From: Candidatus Hydrogenedentota bacterium | GTDB lineage: Bacteria; Hydrogenedentota; Hydrogenedentia; Hydrogenedentales; SLHB01 | Assembly: GCA_045863295.1 (NCBI GenBank) | Contig: BTWA01000001.1 | Location: 64,001-128,000, forward strand | Reading direction: 5' to 3' | DNA: 64,000 bases | Shown: positions 20,493-30,419 of the stretch, one piece after another | How the letters are laid out: each line of letters opens with the position of its first letter | How positions within the stretch are numbered: the first letter of the stretch is position 1 | Program-made: the position numbers and the translations under genes | Notes under the pieces: model-generated | The model's input: the letters and a program-made list of their open reading frames with translations, nothing else | Databases searched by the model: none | Told to the model about the DNA's origin: nothing

Positions 20493-21866
20493 TCAGCGAA
20501 TTGCATCTCGAAGTGTGCTGGAATGTAAGTTGACGAATTCCTCGTACACGGCATCCGCGATTTCCGGATCCATATCCAGTATCTTGCGCGGTACATCGAT
20601 GCTCGCGAGGATTTCTTCCTTCGATTGCGGCGACGGGCCAGTGGCACGAGTTAACGCATCCGCGATGCTCACGATGGCCACGGCCTCCTTGGCTTCGACG
20701 GCGAGTTCCGGTTTGTGATGGAAGCGGATTGGCGCTGAGATTTCAGGCGGAAGACTCCAATTTTCGGCCAGCAAATAGCCTGCCTCGTTGTGGCAGAGTC
20801 CGATGACCTGTTCTTCCGCTTCCACGAGGGCCAGTCCGAAAAGGGACTTATCAATCCGCCCGTACATTTCCGCCGCAACTTCGGCAAGTGCCGGCCGGCC
20901 AATGTCGTGCAAGAGCCCTGCCGAGAATACGCCAATCTGGCGTTTGCGGCCGCAGGCCTTGCTTACAATGCGCGTGGCGGCGGCACACCCCATCGAGTCG
21001 AGCCAGAACGAACGATAATTAATAAACTTGGACTTCTCAAACACATTGAGCACGGCCACGCTCAAGACGATTGAGTACGTTTCCCGAAGTCCCAGCAGGG
21101 AAATTGCCAACTGGACGTCATCCACACGTTGCGGGAATCCGTAGAAGGCAGAGTTGGCGACACTCAACACCTTTGCGGCGACGGGCGGGTCCATTACCAC
21201 TATGTCCGCCACATCCCTCACCGAACTGAGGGGATCAAGGGTCGCCGCCTGGACCCGTTGCACGGTTTCCGGGAGGGCCGGCAAATGATCGATTTGTTTT
21301 ACCAGGTTGGCCACGCCGCTCAATTTGAGTGAAGAAGACAATCCCACCATTCCGGCCATGGTCGCCATCGGCGGCAATTGCGAATTTTGTACGTCTGGGT
21401 AATAGCGCTCGATGGCCCGCCGTACGTCGTTTGGCGAGACGAGCATGGGCTTTACGCGGAGCTTGGTGATGGACTCCAACTCATGGATGACCGATGCGTC
21501 CAAAGGACACACCATGCCGACAGTCAACAGCTTGCCCAGCCGGTCTATGGGGAACACCTCGTGGCGGACAACGAAGCTTCGGGGGATCAGCGTAAGTAAT
21601 TCACGGCTGACTTCGTATTCGTTGAGATGAATGCTGGCGATACCTGGCTGGCGTGCGAGAAAATTCACGAAGCCGTCGGGATCGAAGTACCCGAGCTGAA
21701 TCAGGATTTCGACAATTTTCCCGCCTTTGGCCTGTTGCAGTCTCAATCCTTCATCCAGTTGCGCGCGGGAAATCAGACCGGCTTCAATGAGCATTTCGCC
21801 AATTTTGCGCTTGGATGCGTGAGATTCCGGGCTTGGACTATGGGCAGATTTGGGTGGCAACGGCAT
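20493..21866 (-). CDS. MshEN/T2SSE-N domain fused to HDOD domain
   Basis: KIGEMLIEAGLISRAQLDEGLRLQ motif and GspE-N-like segment; HDOD motifs LPALP, DPPVAAKVLSVANSAFYG, GLLHDIG, WSLP. Confidence 0.88.
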   Translation of the reverse strand: MPLPPKSAHSPSPESHASKRKIGEMLIEAGLISRAQLDEGLRLQQAKGGKIVEILIQLGYFDPDGFVNFLARQPGIASIHLNEYEVSRELLTLIPRSFVVRHEVFPIDRLGKLLTVGMVCPLDASVIHELESITKLRVKPMLVSPNDVRRAIERYYPDVQNSQLPPMATMAGMVGLSSSLKLSGVANLVKQIDHLPALPETVQRVQAATLDPLSSVRDVADIVVMDPPVAAKVLSVANSAFYGFPQRVDDVQLAISLLGLRETYSIVLSVAVLNVFEKSKFINYRSFWLDSMGCAAATRIVSKACGRKRQIGVFSAGLLHDIGRPALAEVAAEMYGRIDKSLFGLALVEAEEQVIGLCHNEAGYLLAENWSLPPEISAPIRFHHKPELAVEAKEAVAIVSIADALTRATGPSPQSKEEILASIDVPRKILDMDPEIADAVYEEFVNLHSSTLRDAIR

Positions 21867-21973
21867 CTACAAGTTTTCCCACAAGACAGCATCTCCGGCT
21901 GCGAGGCCGGTGTTTGTATGTGTAGTCTAGGGAGAGCAGGCTACACGAATCAAGCCTTCATTGCGCGGTTCCG

Positions 21974-22843
21974 CTATTTTACGAGCCTTACACCGGTATC
22001 CACGCTGTGGACTACACTTGACGGATACGGCAATCCATCTTCTACCAGGCCGCGCGCTTGGGCTTCGCTTCGGCATAGCCCGAACACCGTGGGGCCGCTA
22101 CCGCTCATTGCAGCGGCCAGACACCCGCGATCCAGCAACAGTTGTTTTACTTCCGCAAGTTCCGGATGCATCACAAATGCCGCGGACTCCATGCGGTTGA
22201 ACACGACCTCGGGCATCCGGTCCTCTTTCATCCCGGTGACGACCGATCGGAACCGGGGAGTGCCCACTCGATTTGGCGTTTCTGTATTGCGCGCCAGATC
22301 CGGGCTGCCATAAACTGCGGCCGTGCTGACATGGAACGGCGGGTGTACGAGTACAAACCACGCCTTCGCGATGGGCCGCAACGGGGTCAGTATCTCGCCT
22401 CGTCCCGTGGCGGCCACGGTACCACCGGTAAGGCAGTAGGGCACGTCCGATCCCAAGCCGACTGCAATCTCTCGTAGTTCTTCCAACGACAAGCCGAGCC
22501 CCCAGAGTACATTTAGACCGGCAAGAGCGGCGGCGCAATTTCCGGATCCTCCCGCGAGCCCGGCGGCCACCGGGATATGCTTGTCCAGCGTCATCGTGGC
22601 GCCCTGTTCACAGCCGGTAGCGTGGCGGAGTGCGAGTGCCGCCTTCATTACCAGATTGCTGTTGTCGGTTTCCAGACCTGGCATGGAACATTGCAGAACC
22701 AATTCGCGATCCCCGGGCTCGATTCGCAAGTGATCGCACAGGCTCACTGTCTGGAATATGGTTTCGATATTCGTATAGCCGTCCGGACGGCGATCCAAGA
22801 CGTCCAGATACAGATTTATTTTCGCGAAAGATTGGTATTCCAT
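21974..22843 (-). CDS. ispE: 4-diphosphocytidyl-2-C-methyl-D-erythritol kinase
   Basis: AKINLYL, KHIPVAAGLAGGSGN, LGSDVPY, MSGSGPTVF. Confidence 0.96.
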   Translation of the reverse strand: MEYQSFAKINLYLDVLDRRPDGYTNIETIFQTVSLCDHLRIEPGDRELVLQCSMPGLETDNSNLVMKAALALRHATGCEQGATMTLDKHIPVAAGLAGGSGNCAAALAGLNVLWGLGLSLEELREIAVGLGSDVPYCLTGGTVAATGRGEILTPLRPIAKAWFVLVHPPFHVSTAAVYGSPDLARNTETPNRVGTPRFRSVVTGMKEDRMPEVVFNRMESAAFVMHPELAEVKQLLLDRGCLAAAMSGSGPTVFGLCRSEAQARGLVEDGLPYPSSVVHSVDTGVRLVK

Positions 22844-22874
22844 AGGATTTTTGGTAACCCGGTGGCGCCTGGCG

Positions 22875-24341
22875 CTACGGGAGATCCGGTCCCTTCATGA
22901 GTTCATCCTTCAGGGAACCTACACGTTCCGACAAGATCACCCGGTAGATCTGAGGATTCCTGAGTCGCTTGTATTCATCCGGCAATGCGGCAATCTGATC
23001 CATCGCGTGTTTCCGGATTGCCCCAATACTTTCCGCGGGGGCAATCCGGCGGCCCCTTTCCATAACCGGTACCAACAACGGTTCGCAACGCACGGCGTTT
23101 CTCAACTGCACTTCACGGTGGGGCTGATCGTGGTCGCGTCCGGCTACTGGGCCGGATTCCGGCCACGTTTCGCCTTCCGCGAATAAGACATCGCCCAGCG
23201 GCTGATTCCACCGATCGAAATAGCGGACCAGCATTTTTGGCGCCGGATTCGTCGCCTTAGCGGCGTTGGAGGAGATCTTAATGCGGGGTTGCCATGTGCC
23301 GTTTTCCATGATGGCAACCAGCTTGTAGACGCCGTTCAGCGATGGGCAGTCGCTCGCTGTGATGAGATGCGTGCCCACGCCCCAGGCGTTGATCTTCGCG
23401 CCTTGCCGCTTCAAGTCTGCTATAAGGTCTTCTTCGAGGTCGTTGGAGGCGACGATTAGGGGATCGTCGAATCCTGCTTCCCGCATCATACGATAGGCGA
23501 TCTTGCTTAGCTTCGCCAGATCGCCCGAATCCAGGCGGATTGCTGGCCGCACGGGGATACCGGCTTCGCGCATTTCGTTAAATACGGCAATGGCGTTGGG
23601 CACACCACTGTGAATGGTGTCGTAGGTGTCAACCAGTAGTACACACCGCTGAGGGTAGTTTCGCGCGAACGCCCGAAATGCCTCCACCTCGCTTGGAAAA
23701 CTCATTACCCAGCTATGCGCGTGTGTGCCCGCCACGGGAATTCCATACACCTTCCCGGCCAGCACGTTGGACGTGGACGCGCACCCGCCCACGTGTGCCG
23801 CTCGCGATGCGCTTACGCCTCCGTCGGGTCCGTGTGCCCTTCGGAGCCCAAATTCCATTACCGGGTCGCCTTCCGCCGCAAGACACACTCTCGCCGCCTT
23901 CGTGGCGATTAGCGTTTGGTAATTCAGCATGTTCAGGAGCGCGGTTTCAAGCAACTGGGCTTCGAAAATTGGACCCTCAATCTGAACAATTGGTTCATGC
24001 GGAAAAACCAGCGTGCCTTCTGGAATAGCCCGGACGGCACAACGCGGCTCGAATGTACGGAGGTAGGTCAGGAAGGATTCGTCAAAGAGTTTCTGTTCGC
24101 GCAAAAAGGCGATATCGTCGTCGCCAAAGCGGAGGTTTTCGAGGTAGCTGAGGAACGATTCCAGACCGCAGGCGACGCCAAAACCGGCGTGGGTGGGGAG
24201 ACCTCGGAAGAAATATTCAAAGCAAACGAGATTGTTTGCGCGGTCTTCCTTGAGATACCCCGCCATCATTGTCAATTGATAGAAATCGGTCAAGAGCGCC
24301 AATCCTTCGCGCCGGAACCACGCGTCTCTGCCGTCGGTCAT
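22875..24341 (-). CDS. pncB: Nicotinate phosphoribosyltransferase
   Basis: LLTDFYQLTM, EFGLRRAH, GTHAHSW, LVDTYD, RLDSGDL, GVYKLV. Confidence 0.96.
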   Translation of the reverse strand: MTDGRDAWFRREGLALLTDFYQLTMMAGYLKEDRANNLVCFEYFFRGLPTHAGFGVACGLESFLSYLENLRFGDDDIAFLREQKLFDESFLTYLRTFEPRCAVRAIPEGTLVFPHEPIVQIEGPIFEAQLLETALLNMLNYQTLIATKAARVCLAAEGDPVMEFGLRRAHGPDGGVSASRAAHVGGCASTSNVLAGKVYGIPVAGTHAHSWVMSFPSEVEAFRAFARNYPQRCVLLVDTYDTIHSGVPNAIAVFNEMREAGIPVRPAIRLDSGDLAKLSKIAYRMMREAGFDDPLIVASNDLEEDLIADLKRQGAKINAWGVGTHLITASDCPSLNGVYKLVAIMENGTWQPRIKISSNAAKATNPAPKMLVRYFDRWNQPLGDVLFAEGETWPESGPVAGRDHDQPHREVQLRNAVRCEPLLVPVMERGRRIAPAESIGAIRKHAMDQIAALPDEYKRLRNPQIYRVILSERVGSLKDELMKGPDLP

Positions 24342-24910
24342 GAAAGATCGCCCGAGTTCACGATAGCCGCACCTGCTTCGCGAATCTCTTGGAGTGCGCG
24401 TTCTCCCTCGCCCTGCGGATCAATCGCCTTGCACAGATCCTCCAGTAGCACGGCCTGAAATCCGCCTTTGATGGCATCGAGCACCGTCGCGCGCACGCAA
24501 TAGTCTGTTGCGATTCCGCAGACAAAGACACGCTTGACGCGCCGGATACGCAACGTCTCCGCCAGGCGCGTACCATCGAAATCGCTGTAATTCTCCTTTT
24601 CTTTTTCGGCTGCCTTGCTCACGATGAGGGCATCTTCGGGGATCCTCAAATCCGGGTGAAATTCCGCGCCAAACGTGCCCTGTACGCAATGGGACGGCCA
24701 ACTGCCATCAATGAACAGAGGGTTGTCGCTGAAGCTGCAATGATCCGGCGGATGCCAATCGCGAGTGTAGAAACATTGGTTGAACCGATGAGCCATTGCG
24801 TTGATGCCTGGGATGATGCAATCGGCGTCCTTAACTGGGAGCGCGCCGCCAGGGCAAAAGTCGTTTTGCATGTCCACTACGATTAATGCGTCGCCTGACT
24901 GGATATCCAT
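24338..24910 (-). CDS. pncA: Nicotinamidase/pyrazinamidase
   Basis: VDMQNDFCPGGAL, DWHPPDHCSF, WPSHCVQGT, GIATDYCV. Confidence 0.95.
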   Translation of the reverse strand: MDIQSGDALIVVDMQNDFCPGGALPVKDADCIIPGINAMAHRFNQCFYTRDWHPPDHCSFSDNPLFIDGSWPSHCVQGTFGAEFHPDLRIPEDALIVSKAAEKEKENYSDFDGTRLAETLRIRRVKRVFVCGIATDYCVRATVLDAIKGGFQAVLLEDLCKAIDPQGEGERALQEIREAGAAIVNSGDLS

Positions 24911-24930
24911 GACCGAACTGCCTCCACCGG

Positions 24931-25557
24931 TCAAATGGGCACACGGGACCGGTCGCGAAAACGGCGCAATCCCTGCTGATCAGGGGATTCCAGAAGGCGA
25001 TTCATCATAGACTCCATTGGGACGATGTTCGCAACCGCTGCGTACATTTGTTCAAACGCTGCGTTTGAAAAGGCATCGGGGAGAGCCTGCGCGCCCATGC
25101 CTTCGTGGCACGACCGTTCTTTTACCCAATTCAAAGCGTACTCCAGAATATCAGAGTGATCAAACGCCATGGGCGGTAGTGCGTGCACCGGGAACCACTG
25201 GGCGTCCCGTGCATCGTCGTCCGCTTTTACCATATGACGTGTTGCATCGATCAATGCCACGTACACGACGCTGACGGCCCAACCGCGGGGATCGCGGCCC
25301 GGGTTTCCAAATGTGCCGATTTGCGCCAATTTAACGGCGTACAGGCCGGTTTCTTCCCGCAATTCTCGCGCGGCTGCCACATCCAATGGCTCGTTTTCGT
25401 TTACGAATCCTCCGGGCAACGCCCAACTCCCTTCAAAGGGTTCGTGTCCCCTGCAGATCAAGAGGACATGCAAGGTCCCATCTATTACGGACAAGACGAC
25501 GGAGTCCGCTGCCATGATGGGTCGAGGATACGGATATGTGAATGCAAGCGTGGACAT
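24931..25557 (-). CDS. Nudix hydrolase, NrtR-like ADP-ribose pyrophosphatase
   Basis: Intact Nudix box GFVNENEPLDVAAARELREETGL; RDPRGW and AFDH motifs; directly upstream of pncA-pncB. Confidence 0.85.
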   Translation of the reverse strand: MSTLAFTYPYPRPIMAADSVVLSVIDGTLHVLLICRGHEPFEGSWALPGGFVNENEPLDVAAARELREETGLYAVKLAQIGTFGNPGRDPRGWAVSVVYVALIDATRHMVKADDDARDAQWFPVHALPPMAFDHSDILEYALNWVKERSCHEGMGAQALPDAFSNAAFEQMYAAVANIVPMESMMNRLLESPDQQGLRRFRDRSRVPI

Positions 25558-25626
25558 TTGACGAAGCACTCCGTTGCGTTCTTTGGGAGGCCGTAGCACT
25601 TCGGGGATAGTGCAAGACGCAGCGAA

Positions 25627-26505
25627 TCAGGACACGCTGCCGGCCTCCTGGCGCACTGATGTGACGGATCGAAAGGCCGTATCGGTTCCGCCAAACGCTT
25701 CCCGCACAAACTCAAGAAACAGGCGGCGTGTTGCCGGCCGGGTCCAAGGCATGGTTTCCGAGAAACCGTGAATGCCGTTTGGCACTTCCACCACACGCGC
25801 CTCCACACCGGCGTTGTGCAGTTTGTCCGCCAATTCGTATGCCTTGGAAAGCGGAGTGACGCCATCCAGAGTGCCATGCACCAGCAATGTCTTCGGTGAC
25901 TCGGGGCTCACGTACTGGATTGGAGACACTCGGATGAAGGCGGGGTGATTCTCGTGAAACCATTCTCCTGTGTAGAACCAATAAACCGGATACATTATGG
26001 GCCGTACCCATAAAGGTACCCGGCCGGAGAAATCGTAAACGCCGTAAAGGCAAAACAATGCTTGCACTGCCGAAGACATCCCGGGCGGGTCATCCGTAAA
26101 CCCGTCGCCGTTTCGAGTGTACGCCGCTAACGAAGCCAGATGGCTTCCCGAACTGGAACCGTAGAGGCCGAACCGTTGAGGATCAAATCCGTATTGACCG
26201 GCGTTGACTCGCAACCAGCGAATGGCGTCTTTGATGTCGGCGATTTGACCGTCAAAACCCTCTTTGGGCAGGAGGCGGAAACCGACCACGGCCGCAGCCG
26301 CCAAACCCGCTTCCGCCACGGACTTTGCGTAGTACCGTTGAAGCCCGGTGTTATCCACGCACCACGCGCCGCCGTGAATGATGATCATGAGCGGAAGGGG
26401 ATGCTGGGGCATGGGATCTGGTAAATACAGATCAATCGTAAGCGTCTTGCCGCCCAAGCGTTTGTAGGGTATGCGGTTTATACGGGTGACAGTACGCTCG
26501 GACAA
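25627..26505 (-). CDS. Alpha/beta hydrolase (esterase/lipase, HGG-type)
   Basis: IIHGGAW, GSSSG, HGTLD, HGF. Confidence 0.88.
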   Translation of the reverse strand: MSERTVTRINRIPYKRLGGKTLTIDLYLPDPMPQHPLPLMIIIHGGAWCVDNTGLQRYYAKSVAEAGLAAAAVVGFRLLPKEGFDGQIADIKDAIRWLRVNAGQYGFDPQRFGLYGSSSGSHLASLAAYTRNGDGFTDDPPGMSSAVQALFCLYGVYDFSGRVPLWVRPIMYPVYWFYTGEWFHENHPAFIRVSPIQYVSPESPKTLLVHGTLDGVTPLSKAYELADKLHNAGVEARVVEVPNGIHGFSETMPWTRPATRRLFLEFVREAFGGTDTAFRSVTSVRQEAGSVS

Positions 26506-26654
26506 TGCAGGATTCCAATCCTAATTTCCGCCGTGTTTGAATACGGCTGCCCAGCAGCTACGAGACCAGACAGGTACAAACACCGGCCGCAATTCATTAC
26601 ATGCCCACGCGTCGGGAATTCTAACACACGAAGTCCGTCCTGTACAGAAATGCT

Positions 26655-26691
26655 CAAAGCCCGATCCCCGGCTACAGGCCGGGGATCGGGC
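26655..26691 (-). terminator. Hairpin, probable terminator of the hsp20 operon
   Basis: 14-bp perfect stem GCCCGATCCCCGGC/GCCGGGGATCGGGC, 5-nt loop, short T tract on the minus strand. Confidence 0.65.
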
Positions 26692-26845
26692 CGCCATTGC
26701 CGCCGTCATCGGCGTACGGCGAAAATCGATTTATGTGGAACGGGCCGACTTGCGCTTCGTTCTGGCCGGGGCCGACCCGGTACATGTTCTACGTTTCCCA
26801 GCGACTGCCGGTGAAACTCTGCGGCCAATGAAAACCATGAACTCG

Positions 26846-27193
26846 TCAGTTCACGGGTACCGTTCTCCGTTGAGCCCAATCTGCCTTGGGCAACGATACC
26901 GTCAAGATGCCGTCCGACAGGTTGGCGGAGATCTTCGCGGCATCTACCCAGACCGGAATCTGAAAACGCTTGCGCACCGCGCCGGCGGGGCGTTCGCGAC
27001 GAAGGTACTTGGACTCTGCGTCACCGGTCTTGCGCTCCGCGGATATGGTCAACACGCCGTTCTCGACGTGAATGGCTACACCGTCGGACACGACACCGGG
27101 GGCAGGGAGTTCGATTTTCAGCGCGTCCGGTAGATCCTGGACGTTGGCACAGACAGCCGTGGAAACACCCGCTTTGGCGATGCATACGGACAT
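26846..27193 (-). CDS. Small heat shock protein Hsp20 (short second copy)
   Basis: ELPAPGV..ENGVLTISAE, YLRRER, ANLSDGILTVSLPK alpha-crystallin motifs. Confidence 0.85.
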   Translation of the reverse strand: MSVCIAKAGVSTAVCANVQDLPDALKIELPAPGVVSDGVAIHVENGVLTISAERKTGDAESKYLRRERPAGAVRKRFQIPVWVDAAKISANLSDGILTVSLPKADWAQRRTVPVN

Positions 27194-27256
27194 AAGAAAA
27201 GTCTCCTTTGGGTGGCGCAGGGGCGCCATGGCCCCTGCGCGCAACGTGCTGGTTGG

Positions 27257-27706
27257 TTAGTTAACGCGCACGTCAATTTGCTTCGGTTTGGTTTCTTCGC
27301 GCTTCGGAAGCGTGACGTAGAGCACACCATCCCGGTATGAGGCGTCGATCTTGTCGCCTTGGAAACCGGCAGGCAACTCGAACGAGCGTTGGAAGCTGCC
27401 GTAGCGCCGCTCAACGCGGTGTCCGCCGTTTTCCTTCTGGTCGGATTCGTACTTACGCGACCCCTTGATGGTCACGAAGTTGTCCTGTACGGTCACTTCA
27501 ATGTCTTCCTTCTTCATGCCGGGCAGGTCTGCTTCGATCACGTATGCGTCTTTGGTTTCGCGGACGTCCACCGCCGGAACCCAGTTTTGCGTGCCTTCTA
27601 TGAAGGGGGTGAGTTCACCGAACAACCGGCTGAACTGATTCTCCAGATCACGCAGATTTCCAACCGGAGACAAGACAGGTCGATCACTCCAACGTACCAA
27701 TGACAT
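27257..27706 (-). CDS. Small heat shock protein Hsp20
   Basis: AGGAGGT RBS; PAVDVRE, ADLPG, ERRYGSFQRSF, YRDGVLYVTLPK. Confidence 0.95.
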   Translation of the reverse strand: MSLVRWSDRPVLSPVGNLRDLENQFSRLFGELTPFIEGTQNWVPAVDVRETKDAYVIEADLPGMKKEDIEVTVQDNFVTIKGSRKYESDQKENGGHRVERRYGSFQRSFELPAGFQGDKIDASYRDGVLYVTLPKREETKPKQIDVRVN

Positions 27707-27787
27707 GGCCAACACCTCCTCAATCTTCACCAAGGTTCTGGTTCTTTTCTGCTCTTGCCGGTCCTTTGGCCGGCTTGTCATAGGATG

Positions 27788-27804
27788 AGCAACGGCTGTG
27801 CCAA
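27788..27804 (-). promoter_or_regulatory. Sigma54 (-24/-12) promoter of the hsp20 operon
   Basis: TTGGCACAGCCGTTGCT on the minus strand (GG-N10-GC). Confidence 0.8.
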
Positions 27805-27992
27805 ACGGCCTCTTGGTCATAAGTTATTTAATTGCAGTGCATTAACGTTTCACCCTGCAGAAACTGGGCTATACGAGTCGCTTTGAGTGATTAGTTTTGA
27901 GATGCGAATGTTTTGTTTTGAAACAATGAGTCGATGGCTGGGTCAAGAGTTTGAAATGTGAGGCTTATGCACCGGATAGCCGGGTGACCCGT

Positions 27993-30206
27993 TTAATTCC
28001 GAGGGACGGCCGCTTCCAGATTCACGAATACTATCGCCGAGGGATCGCCATCGACAAGAGACGCTCCAACCCACTTTCCATCCGGCGACACAATTGGCCC
28101 GGAGCTTTCCTGGCGCTCGTTTGGCTGGGGATTGCGCCTCTGATTGTGAAGTCGCGTGAGTCGGATCTTGTCGCGCGACTTATCGGGCCATACGGCAAAC
28201 AGGTCTTCGACATTTTCGCCCGCCGTCATGGCGGCGACGAAATAGTTCCCGGACGGATGCCATGGCTGCGGTCCGACGCATCCGTCACCCAGATAGACAG
28301 GGTCGGAATCCAATTGGATAAAATTGATTCGTGGCTGAGTGACTCTGTCCGCGGCCCAGGATGCGACTATAGCGTCACCTTCCGGGCTGAGCGCAAATTC
28401 AGCAAACTCCACAGGAATAATGGCAAGTGGCGATTCTCCTCGGAATGTTGGGGCCGCGCCCATAGCCCGGATCTCGGACCCCTCGTTTGAGATGACGAAA
28501 TAGATGCAGAATTCGTCTGTGGGTGCGAACCGGATGTCTCTGACGACACCGTTCACCCTACCCAATGTGCGGAGCGAGCCTGAATCCAGGTTCAATTCCG
28601 CAATGATAGACGTGCGGGACTGCGGACTGGTCAACACCATGGCGAGTCTCTTACCGTCGTGCGAGCCAGCGATGGCTGTACAGATGCCGTGCGGTTCGGA
28701 GCCACTTCCTCTCAATGTGCTCGCATACACCTCTTTGGGCTCGTCTGAATCTCCATCACGGCTCATCAGTACGGAGCTGCCCGCCGAGAGCAGATCGCGG
28801 TCAAACGTATGCCGCACCTCCACAATGGCCTGATAAAGCGGGGAGCCTGCAGGAGCGGGAAAGACAGAGACGTATTCCGGCCGAATTGCCTGCAGGCGGC
28901 GGTTTTGTACAGAGCGGGCATCGAGTAACTGAACGGCTTCATTCACACTCTTGTGGCCGGGCGAAACCGCCAACACCAATCGTCGTCTTGCGTAATGGCC
29001 TCCCGGGAGTCCCAAGGCTTCTACATAGAGGGTGTCGCTGGCGGCGTTCCATCCCAGTGGTTTAAGGAAACAGGCGGGCGAGTGTTGATTCAGTACGATC
29101 ACGCCGGATGCTTGCTGGACGAATGCGAGACCTCTCAGCATTTCATCGTGAATCAAGGCCGGTTGCTCATTTCGTACCGTGGGATAACCCTTCAGGCCTC
29201 GATTCGTCGCCGCCAAAACAAGTGCGAGCAGCAATATTGCAACAAAGCCTGCCGTCCATCCCCTTCGACCGCTATACCATGGCCGCCGCACGACGACTGG
29301 AGTCGTCTTTGCAGCCGCTGCCAATCCTGTGTTGCTTTGGGTTTTCACCGCTGCCACTCGGACTTGATCGATTCGTGCCAGCAGTGCCCTTCCCGTCGCG
29401 GGGCGTCGCTCCGGTTCTTTTCGGAGCAGGTCCATGACCAATTCTTGCAGTCCATCCGGGATTGCCGGGTCAAACTCCTTGAGGGGCGGTGGATCGGCGG
29501 TGGTTATGGACTGAACCAGCCCGACCGGCGTTTCCGCGGCAAAGGGCCGCCTGCCGGCGATCATCTCGTACAGCATCACGCCCAAGGAGAACAGGTCGCT
29601 GTGGGGTCCGATTTCTCCCACACCACAATGCTCGGGCGACATGTACTGAGGCGTACCTAAGAATGCGCCTTCCGTGGTGAGTTTGCTTTCGGCCATGAGA
29701 AACTTCGCCAAGCCGAAATCAGATACGCGCACCCTTCCGTCGCTTGCGAGAATCACGTTGGACGGCTTCACATCCCGGTGGACGATACCATTGCTGTGGG
29801 CGCAGGCAAGGGCGTCTGCAATCTGTCGTGTCACGGCGAGGGATTCTACCCAATCAGGGCGGGCACGGCTGCCCAAGCGCTGTTCCAGCGTAATCCCTTC
29901 CACGAACTCCATCACAATGAAGGGGGTTCCGCGATCTTCCCGTACGGCATAGACCTGCACAATGTTGGGGTGGTTGAGCTTCGCGGCCGCGCGGGCTTCC
30001 TGTCGGAACCGTGCCACGAGCGACTCGTCGCCGGCCAACCTGCGCCGCAACACTTTGATGGCCACCAGCCGATCCAATGCCGGATCCCGGGCGAGATAGA
30101 CATAACCCATACCGCCTTTGCCCAAGGGCTTCAACACTTCGTAATCGCCCAATCGCTTGTGATCGGGTCCGGATGGATTCGCGGAATTATTGTCGTGCTT
30201 GGTCAT
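27993..30206 (-). CDS. Hanks-type membrane Ser/Thr protein kinase with C-terminal beta-propeller-like domain
   Basis: LGKGGMG, VAIK, HRDVKPSN, DFG, GTPQYMSPE, then a TM helix and TolB-like repeats. True start ATG 30206 (MTKHD). Confidence 0.93.
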   Translation of the reverse strand: MTKHDNNSANPSGPDHKRLGDYEVLKPLGKGGMGYVYLARDPALDRLVAIKVLRRRLAGDESLVARFRQEARAAAKLNHPNIVQVYAVREDRGTPFIVMEFVEGITLEQRLGSRARPDWVESLAVTRQIADALACAHSNGIVHRDVKPSNVILASDGRVRVSDFGLAKFLMAESKLTTEGAFLGTPQYMSPEHCGVGEIGPHSDLFSLGVMLYEMIAGRRPFAAETPVGLVQSITTADPPPLKEFDPAIPDGLQELVMDLLRKEPERRPATGRALLARIDQVRVAAVKTQSNTGLAAAAKTTPVVVRRPWYSGRRGWTAGFVAILLLALVLAATNRGLKGYPTVRNEQPALIHDEMLRGLAFVQQASGVIVLNQHSPACFLKPLGWNAASDTLYVEALGLPGGHYARRRLVLAVSPGHKSVNEAVQLLDARSVQNRRLQAIRPEYVSVFPAPAGSPLYQAIVEVRHTFDRDLLSAGSSVLMSRDGDSDEPKEVYASTLRGSGSEPHGICTAIAGSHDGKRLAMVLTSPQSRTSIIAELNLDSGSLRTLGRVNGVVRDIRFAPTDEFCIYFVISNEGSEIRAMGAAPTFRGESPLAIIPVEFAEFALSPEGDAIVASWAADRVTQPRINFIQLDSDPVYLGDGCVGPQPWHPSGNYFVAAMTAGENVEDLFAVWPDKSRDKIRLTRLHNQRRNPQPNERQESSGPIVSPDGKWVGASLVDGDPSAIVFVNLEAAVPRN

Positions 30207-30419
30207 GGAGCCTGGATTCCGACACTCTATTTCCTCCCTTTTCGCGCCGGTCCTTTCGAATACAACACCAGCGGCGCACCGAAGTTCGCCAGGGAAGCCT
30301 GGCGATATTGTACCCGGCGGGGGCGCGGATGTCCCCTTGCATGGTTGACGCGTGCCCCGTACGGGTGAGTAGACTGTGAGCCGGTTGCCATTCCGGGCGG
30401 TGAAGGGGTATTGATTACC

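Noticed and set aside
26731..26838. 35-aa basic ORF (MVFIGRRVSP...) between hsp20 and the terminator
   Set aside because: No clear RBS or motif; cannot be told apart from a chance ORF.
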